Source of the DNA: Candidatus Heimdallarchaeota archaeon
GTDB taxonomy: Archaea > Asgardarchaeota > Heimdallarchaeia > Heimdallarchaeales > Heimdallarchaeaceae
Reading direction: 5' to 3'
Length of the DNA: 61,943 nt
Assembly (NCBI GenBank): GCA_019057375.1
Contig: DXJF01000159.1
Coordinates: 1 to 61,943, forward strand
The translations under genes and the position numbers were made by a program. Below are positions 39,263-48,020 of this stretch, piece by piece (positions within the stretch are counted from its first letter, which is position 1; every line of letters starts with the position of its first letter). The notes beneath the pieces were generated by a model that saw only the letters and a program-made list of their open reading frames with translations, was not told where the DNA came from and did not search any database.

Positions 39263-40018
39263 CTAATTTTCTTTTAGTTTTGTTACTACTTTTGATAAAA
39301 TTTCTCCAGCACTAACCTCGAGCTTGATATCAGCTTTTTCATCCAAAGGTGTTGAGTCTATATTAATAATAATTAATTTTACACCATTCTTTTGTGCTTT
39401 TCTAGGCAATCCTGCAGCAGGAAAAACTGATAAACTTGATCCTACAACCAACATTAAATCACACTTCTGAGTGTGTTTCTTCGATATAGCCATTTCTTTC
39501 TCAGGCATAGGGTCATTAAAATTAATAACAGAAGAAATTATTCTACCATTACACTTTGGACATACCGGTTGGTGATCAAGTTGTTCTTCTGTTCTAGAAC
39601 CTCTTCCATGAATTTCTCGATCCCAACCAATCTCTTCCCGCTTATATCGAGTATCACATTCTATACATTTCATAAACATATAGTTCCCATGAAGTTCAGC
39701 TATCAATTCAAGCTTAATACCGGATTTAAGATGAAGATTATCCACATTTTGAGAAATTAAGAATTTAAGTATCCCCATGTCTTGCAAGGCAACTAGAGCA
39801 AGATGGCCAGTATTCGGTTTAACTTCATCAAAATGTTTTCCTCTTTTAGGTGGTAGTCCCTTTTCTTTTCTTGTCCAGATACCGTCTTTACCTCTGAAAT
39901 CAGCTAATCCAGATTCAGTACTTATACCAGCACCTGTAAAAGCTACTACATAGTTAGATTCATTGATCATCCGGACGATGTCATTAACATCTTTTTCCGT
40001 AAATGGGATTTTTTTCAC
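39263..40018 (-). CDS. Sir2 family NAD-dependent deacylase, class IV (SIRT6/7)-like
   Basis: GAGISTESG, FRG..GIWT, SQNVDNLH, ELHGN, CxxC/CxxC, GSSL. Confidence 0.9.
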   Translation of the reverse strand: MKKIPFTEKDVNDIVRMINESNYVVAFTGAGISTESGLADFRGKDGIWTRKEKGLPPKRGKHFDEVKPNTGHLALVALQDMGILKFLISQNVDNLHLKSGIKLELIAELHGNYMFMKCIECDTRYKREEIGWDREIHGRGSRTEEQLDHQPVCPKCNGRIISSVINFNDPMPEKEMAISKKHTQKCDLMLVVGSSLSVFPAAGLPRKAQKNGVKLIIINIDSTPLDEKADIKLEVSAGEILSKVVTKLKEN

Positions 40019-40101
40019 CTTGAATAGAAAAAAAGAAGAGAATTTTAACTTTACCTTTTAACAATGAATAAACTGTTTAGAAAGAACTCCCAGGATCTAA
40101 A

Positions 40102-40314
40102 TTGATACCATTAATAGCTATGGGGGAAATAGATGGCAGGTTTTATAGAGAAAAAAAAACGTTGCAACTTATGGTTTTGCTTTATATTGATCCAGAATTG
40201 CCACTAGATGAATTCCTAAGCATGGTACATGGTATAAACGAGAAGATTGGATTAAAAACTTTTGATTTTTCACTTAAAGCATACTATAACCTTGCTAAAG
40301 AATTTCTTGAATAG
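40102..40314 (+). CDS. Small hypothetical protein (start may be 40120)
   Basis: Fills an otherwise empty gap; protein-like composition. Confidence 0.4.
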   Translation: MIPLIAMGEIDGRFYREKKTLQLMVLLYIDPELPLDEFLSMVHGINEKIGLKTFDFSLKAYYNLAKEFLE

Positions 40315-40437
40315 CAAGACAACTAAAAGAAAGATGAAATTATCATATTAAACAAGAAGAATTTCCATTTTTCTCAACAAATCTTTAAATAAACTGTAGA
40401 CAATTTGAGATAATTAAAGAAATTAGGAGGAAACAAA

Positions 40438-40653
40438 ATGGATGATGACAAAGTTTACAAAATAATTGAATTGGTTGGATCCTCTCCAAATAATTGGGAA
40501 GAAGCAGTTCAAGCAGCTGTTGCACAAGCTTCAAAATCACTTAGAGACCTTCGAGTTGTTGAAGTAAAGAAATTAGATGCCAGAATTAATGATGGGATGA
40601 TTGTTGCATACAGAGCCAGGGTTAAGTTAAGTTTCAAGTATCAAAAAGAATGA
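40438..40653 (+). CDS. Dodecin (flavin-binding)
   Basis: VYKIIELVGSS..WEEAVQAA...LRDLR..EV...YRARVKLSF; AGGAGG Shine-Dalgarno at 40425-40430. Confidence 0.95.
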   Translation: MDDDKVYKIIELVGSSPNNWEEAVQAAVAQASKSLRDLRVVEVKKLDARINDGMIVAYRARVKLSFKYQKE

Positions 40654-40679
40654 GTGGGGAAATTGTAATTAAAAATACG

Positions 40680-41582
40680 TTATTTACTAAATTTCTTTCT
40701 AGCTTTTCTTACTAATTCATCTGGTTTTTCACTGTAAGGTATGTAAAACTCTCCTATTGATGTTTGGTTTATACTTTTTTCAATTATATCACTTAGTGTT
40801 TGATTAACTTCAAAACCAAGGAAATGCCTGAAAGAACCTTTTGCTGCAACAGCTGTTGTACCATTACCTATAAATGGATCTAGAACCAAGTCACCAGGTT
40901 TGCTACCAAAATCTATACATCTTAAAACAACCTCTAGAGGAAGTTTAGTTGCATTCTTCTTTGTTCCTCTTTCATATTCTCTTTTGAAAGTCCATACATC
41001 TTCAGGATAGTGTTCAACCTTGTTGAAGAAATAATTCTTTTCGTTTTTAACTGCAAATAGAACATGATAGTGACTAGTGACAAATTTTCTTCTAGTGAAA
41101 ACACCAAATTGATATTTCCAGATAATATGGTTGATCAATGTTAGGTTGTTATCTCTTAATGCGTTCAAGATATCTACAAGATTTGTCCAACCGCTAAAGA
41201 TCCAAACACCAGCATCATCTTTCATAAGACGAGGAAGTTCACTTATCCATTTTTCTGTGAAATCCATATAATTCTCAATACAAATATCTTGGTATCCTTC
41301 TGCAACATAATTACTGTCTCGATTATAGAGCGGTTCCATGTCACTGAAATTTAAACCAAAAGGAGGATCTGCTACAATCACGTCAACACATTCTGTTGGA
41401 AGATCCTTCATTCCTTTAATACAATCTTTTAAATGAATCTTATCAACTTCAAAGGTAAATAATCTATCATTAAACAAACTCAATGCTTCAGCTTCTGTCC
41501 AATCAAATGCTGGCTTGAATTCAGCAGCAGCTTTATGAGGTATATATGATCTTTTGCTACCTTTGGTTTGCGAAGTTTTCAT
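40680..41582 (-). CDS. Orphan beta-class N6-adenine/N4-cytosine DNA methyltransferase
   Basis: Catalytic DPPF precedes SAM-binding DPFIGNGTT; IIWKY, ATKLP. Confidence 0.9.
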   Translation of the reverse strand: MKTSQTKGSKRSYIPHKAAAEFKPAFDWTEAEALSLFNDRLFTFEVDKIHLKDCIKGMKDLPTECVDVIVADPPFGLNFSDMEPLYNRDSNYVAEGYQDICIENYMDFTEKWISELPRLMKDDAGVWIFSGWTNLVDILNALRDNNLTLINHIIWKYQFGVFTRRKFVTSHYHVLFAVKNEKNYFFNKVEHYPEDVWTFKREYERGTKKNATKLPLEVVLRCIDFGSKPGDLVLDPFIGNGTTAVAAKGSFRHFLGFEVNQTLSDIIEKSINQTSIGEFYIPYSEKPDELVRKARKKFSK

Positions 41583-41610
41583 AAGCTCATCACTAACTGT
41601 TTTTCATAAC

Positions 41611-42444
41611 TTAAAACTCTTTTTTTTCAATCAAAGTATTATACATCTCAGGTCTTCTATCATTGAAGATGTGATTGTTGTCACTTAACCACTTGTTTCT
41701 TGCTTTTGTGATATCTATTTCAACAATATGCATTTCTTCCTTATCAGTACTAGCTTGTACAAGCCTTTTCGCATCTGGAGTCGTCACTTGACTATGACCT
41801 TTAAAATGAAGGCTGAATTCTCCATTTGTTTCGATACCAATTCGATTAGAGGTAATAGTAAATATCTGGTTTTCAATGGATCTTGTAATCATTGCAGTTT
41901 GACAAAAGGAAAGAACGAGATTTGTTGAATGAGCTAATATATCCATACCTTGGAGTGCGAGGCTTCTGGTGGCCTCTGGAAAAATCCAGTCCCAACATAC
42001 TAATATCCCTAGATTCATCCCCCTGATATTATATACTTTGAAAGGTCCATCCCCAGGTTCAAAGAACAGTTTTTCCCTATCAAATAAATGTACCTTCCGG
42101 TATTTAGCTACAAAACCTTCAGGACCTACTAATACTGAAGAATTAAAGTATTTACTTCCACTTTTTTCACAGACTCCACAGACTATATAGCCATTTTTTT
42201 GTTTAGCTAATTCACTTAATTTCTCAACAAAATATCCCGAAGGAATTTCTTCAGAAACTTTAGCTAGTTCTTCCTTCTCCACAAAAACATATCCAGAATT
42301 CGCTAATTCTGGAATAACTAATAAATCAAAAGATTTTGTTCCTTCAACAAGTTTGGAAATTGTATCAATATTCTTCTCAACATCTTTCAAAATTGGCTGA
42401 AACTGTAGAAAACCTACTTTCATCATTTTTCGTTTGATATTCAT
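41611..42444 (-). CDS. Carbon-nitrogen hydrolase (nitrilase superfamily)
   Basis: E-K-C triad: PELA, YRKVHLF, VCWD. Confidence 0.9.
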   Translation of the reverse strand: MNIKRKMMKVGFLQFQPILKDVEKNIDTISKLVEGTKSFDLLVIPELANSGYVFVEKEELAKVSEEIPSGYFVEKLSELAKQKNGYIVCGVCEKSGSKYFNSSVLVGPEGFVAKYRKVHLFDREKLFFEPGDGPFKVYNIRGMNLGILVCWDWIFPEATRSLALQGMDILAHSTNLVLSFCQTAMITRSIENQIFTITSNRIGIETNGEFSLHFKGHSQVTTPDAKRLVQASTDKEEMHIVEIDITKARNKWLSDNNHIFNDRRPEMYNTLIEKKEF

Positions 42445-43136
42445 CTATTTAAATTTGTGGCAGAGAGATTTACTGATTTCTTGAAGGAATCGATCAAAGA
42501 GATAAGTTCAGTAATTTCATAAATATTATAATCTGGTTTTAATTTCATCACTTTTTCAGGAGTAGAAGCTCCATAATATGCTAAAACTGAATTAACTCTC
42601 GCTTGTTTTGCACTTCGTATATCAAACTCTGTATCACCTATCATGAATGTGCGACTATTTGAGATACTGAAATCATTCATGATTTGAATAATAGCTTTTG
42701 ACTTTGTTTTATCAAGAGTACCTATTGGTTTATCGAATAAATGAGAAATTTTAAAGTGTTGTAACCACTTTTCCATCCTTTCTTGAGATTTTCTAGACAC
42801 TAATCCAATATAGTTTGTTTTCTTAAGTTCTTCAAGTGTTTCTCTTACACCAGAATAAAGACTTCGTAAATATGAATATTTATCTGTAATGTTTACATAA
42901 TATTGAAGAGCTAAATCTAATAATTCAGGATCATCATTTTCTAAGAATTCAATGAAATCCTGTTTCTGATCGGTATTTCCCACCCTTTCTTTGAAAACTT
43001 TCTCAGATAATTTCTTACCTGAGAAATGCTCTACAGTTTCTTGCATCTGCATAGCATATGCTTCTTTGGAATCAGCTAACACTCCATCAAAATCAAAAAT
43101 GATTAAACAACATTTTTCGCTATTTCTCAAACCCAT
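42441..43136 (-). CDS. HAD-superfamily hydrolase (phosphoglycolate phosphatase-like)
   Basis: IFDFDGVLADS, VSRK, MIGDTEFD. Confidence 0.9.
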   Translation of the reverse strand: MGLRNSEKCCLIIFDFDGVLADSKEAYAMQMQETVEHFSGKKLSEKVFKERVGNTDQKQDFIEFLENDDPELLDLALQYYVNITDKYSYLRSLYSGVRETLEELKKTNYIGLVSRKSQERMEKWLQHFKISHLFDKPIGTLDKTKSKAIIQIMNDFSISNSRTFMIGDTEFDIRSAKQARVNSVLAYYGASTPEKVMKLKPDYNIYEITELISLIDSFKKSVNLSATNLNR

Positions 43137-43179
43137 TAATCCCTAAGAAAAGAATTAAAATAAATAGTTTGGGATGAGA

Positions 43180-43923
43180 CTATTCATCCTTTCTTAAAGG
43201 CGCACTGCAATTTGTACAGAAAAAAGCATCCATTTCATTTCTGGTATCACAATTCCAACATTTTACAGTAGTTGAACCTTTTTTCCCAGATATATTACCA
43301 GCTTTTTCTTTCCAATCAAATTGATCAAAACCGGTAGATTTTTCTTCCATTCTTTGTGCAATTTTGTCTTCAACTTTGTGAAGATCATCATAAAAACCAT
43401 CTATTTCTTCAGTTCTTTCCCTGAATTTTCTGGCTTCTTTAGCTCTAGCCTCGAAATTGAAAACATATTTAATATACTGAAATATATTCATCTTTCTATC
43501 TTTCAGATAATTGTTGATTAAGAACATAATTGCTCCAATTTCAAGCACACCTAAAATAACATAGATAACAATTCGAACTGATTCTCCAGATGGCTGGTAG
43601 AATGCAAGAAAAATACTCACTGGCAGAAATCCTGCGGAAATAACTAGAATTGGTAGTGCAAGAACTAAATAAACAAGTTCATTCATAGCACTTGCTACAC
43701 TATAACCTGCTCCAGAGAAAAACTCTATAATATAATATGTGAATAGCATTGTTCCAACAATAGCTAATGCTAGAATTGATAAAACCTTAAGAAGTGTAAT
43801 GTTTAAAATGAATGAATAAGCAACACAAGCTACTATAACACCTGCAAGTATGACTTGCTGCATAACATTTTCTCTCTTGAAAATTTTACGTTTTCCTTTG
43901 GGTAATCCATGCATAAACGTCAT
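43180..43923 (-). CDS. Membrane protein with C-terminal zinc ribbon
   Basis: Four TM helices; CWNC...CTNC. Confidence 0.7.
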   Translation of the reverse strand: MTFMHGLPKGKRKIFKRENVMQQVILAGVIVACVAYSFILNITLLKVLSILALAIVGTMLFTYYIIEFFSGAGYSVASAMNELVYLVLALPILVISAGFLPVSIFLAFYQPSGESVRIVIYVILGVLEIGAIMFLINNYLKDRKMNIFQYIKYVFNFEARAKEARKFRERTEEIDGFYDDLHKVEDKIAQRMEEKSTGFDQFDWKEKAGNISGKKGSTTVKCWNCDTRNEMDAFFCTNCSAPLRKDE

Positions 43924-44004
43924 CTCAAATGAAAATCATATATTTATTTATTTTACTATGTGAGCAATAGTGCCAATAATAAAATAAAAAAGTTAAGAAG
44001 AGTT

Positions 44005-46695
44005 CTATTCTTCTTGTTTTCTTCTTCTTCTCCGATATACAACCATAGCTTGAATTACCAACAAAGTTGCTCCAATAGAAAGCAATGTTACTGCGTCGAA
44101 ACCAGTTTCAGTAACAGGAGATTCAATGTATATTGTATAATTATTTACTGTTCTATAGAATGTACCATTAATATCTACAACACTGATAAAGAATTCAATA
44201 ATCGCATTTAAATCAAATCCTGATACAAATTCGAAGAAGTAGAATGGGACATAAGCAGTTCCATTGTAGTCCATTATAGCTGTAAATCCAGTTGTAACAT
44301 TATTGTTTGGATCAAATTCTGACCATGTGATGTTTACATGACTCCTACCTGATCTGATCTCAAGATCAGTTCTGTTAGTAATCTCAACAGTAATCATATA
44401 TTTTTCATTTTCATAGAAGAGATTGGTCGGTAGAGTAACGTCTTGACCATCTTCATCAGTGGTCAAGATGGAGATTTCAGGAGTTGAGATATAGACAGGT
44501 GTAAACTCAGATTCAAGTACCACATAACTCTCATTTACAGAAAAGACTTGCTTTGCAACTGATTCATCAGAATATTCCACCATAATTCGGTAGATTATGA
44601 CATTATCATAGTCAAATGCAGGAATAGTTCCTGAATATGAGCTAATTGCACCAATTGAACCTATAGGCGTTCCTGATGAAGTTATTTCAATATTAGTCCA
44701 TTTTAGGTCATTGTTAAGAAGATACTGTAGATATACCTTAACATTTTCTGTATCAGTAGGTACAAATATTTGAGATTCAACAAATACTTCATCAATGTCT
44801 TGTGGATTAATGATGTCTCTTGTTACATATTCTATTGATGGGATAACTGTATATTCTTTCTCGAGAGGATAGAGGTCTTTAATTTCATGATCAACAGAAT
44901 CAATTGTAACAAGATCAATTAAAACCTCAGTAGCTCCAGGTTCATTTAGATAATAATTACCAACATAAGTATCCTGATCAATTTGTTTATAGAAAAGCCC
45001 TATACAATTAGTTATTGAACCATATTGTCCAACAGTTCCAAAATTGTTATTGTATACCGAAAAACCGTTACTATCAATGAGGGTTATTGCTTCTCCAGAA
45101 ATTGAATCAAATGAATTTCCAGTTACAATAGGAGATGTAGATCCAATAATCTGTATACCTATATTTAACACCTTATAGGTTCCATCTCGAATTTGCAAAT
45201 AGAATGTATTTCTGGCAACAATTCCAATGTCTGAAGTGTTTACGTCATTTCCTAGTAGTCTGATATTATCTGAGAACCAGATACTGACTCCATAAACGGA
45301 GTCAAATATACCATTACTGGCTAGAAGAGCGTAACTAGAAGACCAGAGGGATATACCATATTCAGCATTAATCGCACCGTTAGCTGTTATAACTACTTCT
45401 TTAGTTTGTTCAACATAGATACCAGTTATTGTATTAATGATAATATTACCAAGAATTGTTACTTCTCGTGAGGAGACTACACCTATTCCTTCCCCTACAT
45501 AGGATAAAGTATTAGATTCAATCTCAATATATCTTCCACCTAGAATGTTGATTCCTGTTGTAACATTATAAAATTCATTAAATGATATTATTGTATCTCT
45601 TGTATCTGTAATTTCAACAGCCGTTTTTGATATGTTATAGAATTCGTTATTTAACACTTCCATTCCATCTGAATCTAGAATAACTATACCATAATCAAGA
45701 TTATCAAAGTAATTATCTATAATCCAATTTGGTGATGTGAAAAAATCAAAGGCTTGATAACTATCTATGAATCTATTTTCAGTTATTAAAGATAATCTTG
45801 TACCTTCTGCTTCTATACAAATATCTGAAACATCTGTGAAGTTATTGTTGCTGATTGTAGATAAATCTGCATTAGTTAGAACAATACCATTTTCAATATT
45901 CAGGAATGTATTATTAGTCAATGTTATTTTTGAATTGTCAACATAAGCCCCTAGTTTAACAATCTGGAAACGATTATTTATAATTTCAACTGGATTTATA
46001 TCATCTATTCGAAAACCAATTTCATTTACATTTCCAAAATCATTGTTATCAAGGATGAGATCATTGGCATTATCTATTAGAATCCCATAATCTACACTGT
46101 CAATGGTAAGTCCTCTAGCTATGATTGAATAACTATCTTCTATTTCTAAGCCGATTTCAGTTCCATAAATTAAACTATTTTCAATCAAAATATCTTGACC
46201 ATTAGCTATATAAAATGAACAACCAAAGAACTCCATGTCATCTATTGTTATATCAACTGCATTTCTAATATCAATTATTGCAAAATCCATGCCACCTTCT
46301 ATGAAAGTTACAGCTGATGCTACACTTAAATTTGTACTGATGTGAGTTGCTTTAATTTTAAAATTGTATAGAATGTTTGTTGGTTGTAAATAGCTGTTTT
46401 CAACATGAAGAGTTGCACCATCTTTCAATTCTATTGTACATGAGAAAGTTTGATTTGCCAAGAAATCAACAGTTGAGTTAATAATCCTCAACTCTCCACC
46501 TTCTTCAATTGTAATTGAACCATTGATTATTACATCGTTTGTTATTGTTTCCAAACCTGTAATAATCCATTCTCCTTCCGTTGGTGGTTGTAATTTAATA
46601 AAACTATTAGTTGCTTTAGAGACAGTGCCAACAGTTAAAAACCCGATAAAAAGTGTAACTGTGAATAGTGTTAATATTTTCTTAGAAACCTTCAT
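44005..46695 (-). CDS. Cell-surface protein with parallel beta-helix (NosD-like) repeats and CTERM-like anchor
   Basis: Signal peptide; repeated I.NN.F/GI.L patterns; ends TGF + TM + RRRRR. Confidence 0.85.
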   Translation of the reverse strand: MKVSKKILTLFTVTLFIGFLTVGTVSKATNSFIKLQPPTEGEWIITGLETITNDVIINGSITIEEGGELRIINSTVDFLANQTFSCTIELKDGATLHVENSYLQPTNILYNFKIKATHISTNLSVASAVTFIEGGMDFAIIDIRNAVDITIDDMEFFGCSFYIANGQDILIENSLIYGTEIGLEIEDSYSIIARGLTIDSVDYGILIDNANDLILDNNDFGNVNEIGFRIDDINPVEIINNRFQIVKLGAYVDNSKITLTNNTFLNIENGIVLTNADLSTISNNNFTDVSDICIEAEGTRLSLITENRFIDSYQAFDFFTSPNWIIDNYFDNLDYGIVILDSDGMEVLNNEFYNISKTAVEITDTRDTIISFNEFYNVTTGINILGGRYIEIESNTLSYVGEGIGVVSSREVTILGNIIINTITGIYVEQTKEVVITANGAINAEYGISLWSSSYALLASNGIFDSVYGVSIWFSDNIRLLGNDVNTSDIGIVARNTFYLQIRDGTYKVLNIGIQIIGSTSPIVTGNSFDSISGEAITLIDSNGFSVYNNNFGTVGQYGSITNCIGLFYKQIDQDTYVGNYYLNEPGATEVLIDLVTIDSVDHEIKDLYPLEKEYTVIPSIEYVTRDIINPQDIDEVFVESQIFVPTDTENVKVYLQYLLNNDLKWTNIEITSSGTPIGSIGAISSYSGTIPAFDYDNVIIYRIMVEYSDESVAKQVFSVNESYVVLESEFTPVYISTPEISILTTDEDGQDVTLPTNLFYENEKYMITVEITNRTDLEIRSGRSHVNITWSEFDPNNNVTTGFTAIMDYNGTAYVPFYFFEFVSGFDLNAIIEFFISVVDINGTFYRTVNNYTIYIESPVTETGFDAVTLLSIGATLLVIQAMVVYRRRRRKQEE

Positions 46696-46958
46696 CTAAT
46701 TAACCTCGAGTGTTAGTCTTAATTTAATCAATCGTGACGAATGCACATTTTTAAAGTTTCTGTAAGAACTGTGATTTCGATTTTCCTAGTATGGAAAGAA
46801 GTTATTTCTCTAAACTTACAATTGACTTTTGTTGGAGAAAAAAACAAGAGAAAATTCTAACACAATACGTTCTTGTTATCTTTATTTCGTTAAGTATTTT
46901 ATCTGCAAAAATTATTTTGGAAATATAAAGAAAATTAAACTAATTTACTCGTCATCAT

Positions 46959-47903
46959 CTACTTCTTATTTGATTTAGCTTTTTTTTCCTTACGTCTTCT
47001 TTTTTCTCGTTCGATTCTTTCTTTCTTATACTTCTTAAGCTTTAATCTATCTAATTGCTCATGTGTCAAATCTGGAGATTCTAACAGAGGTTCAGGATGT
47101 TCTATTAATTCTTTTAGTAAATCAATAGTTGGTCCACTGTAACTTCCAGGTGTGATTCGATCATCAATACAGATTTTAAGTTCCATCACATCACGGATAT
47201 CAATATCTTCAGTTTCTTCATTGATTACTTGAGCCTTGTGAATTTTACCAATTGTTACTAACACTCCAGTTGTCCCCAGCCCAAAGAGATGATGATAAAC
47301 TGCATCTATATTTATTGATCCTAGATGAGCAAGAAACGCTGTGGACCACATAGGTATATCTTTTGTGAGGGAATAAATTGGCATATTATGTTCATCAGTC
47401 CAACGTAATAACCAAAAAATGAAATTAATGAAAAATCTAGGAAAAGCACCCCAAAATTTGACGTCTTTTTCGTTTTGGTTTTCTCCATATCGAGCTTCAT
47501 ATAATTTGCTAGTAACTGTTTTTTGAACTGTTTCCAAATTATCAAATGGATCAAATTCAATCATTGCATTAATTTCTTCTCCGCCTTCAATTTTGTCCTT
47601 CTTAACTACAAATGAAAGGATAATCTGATTTCGTTGCCATAATCTTCGCCCAGAAACAAATCTATTAATCTTAGGGCGTAAAGTTACAGCTCTTACTGCT
47701 GCTGTTAAATAAATTTGGAATAATGTTAGTTTGTCTTTGTCATCTCGATTTTTATTATACTCTTTCAAAAACTTGAATGTATGAGTGAGATCTATCTGAG
47801 TTTTAAAATGAATTTCACTATCTGTTTTCTTGCGCATTATCAGAAATTCAAATTCATGAAATTTTGTAGTTTTTACTAATTCTGCATCAGGTCTTCTCGG
47901 CAT
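46959..47903 (-). CDS. Stand-alone 2-oxoacid dehydrogenase E2-like acyltransferase catalytic domain
   Basis: PKINRFVSG, HLGSINIDAVYHHL, IDDRITPG; no lipoyl domain. Confidence 0.8.
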   Translation of the reverse strand: MPRRPDAELVKTTKFHEFEFLIMRKKTDSEIHFKTQIDLTHTFKFLKEYNKNRDDKDKLTLFQIYLTAAVRAVTLRPKINRFVSGRRLWQRNQIILSFVVKKDKIEGGEEINAMIEFDPFDNLETVQKTVTSKLYEARYGENQNEKDVKFWGAFPRFFINFIFWLLRWTDEHNMPIYSLTKDIPMWSTAFLAHLGSINIDAVYHHLFGLGTTGVLVTIGKIHKAQVINEETEDIDIRDVMELKICIDDRITPGSYSGPTIDLLKELIEHPEPLLESPDLTHEQLDRLKLKKYKKERIEREKRRRKEKKAKSNKK

Positions 47904-48020
47904 CTACTTCACTTCTCCTAATAAGAATTAAGGTTCATTGATGTAAAAGATACTTCATTAAATACATTTCGTCCATTGGTGCTTCATAAAAATATTTTTT
48001 AAACGACTAGTAGCAGATAC

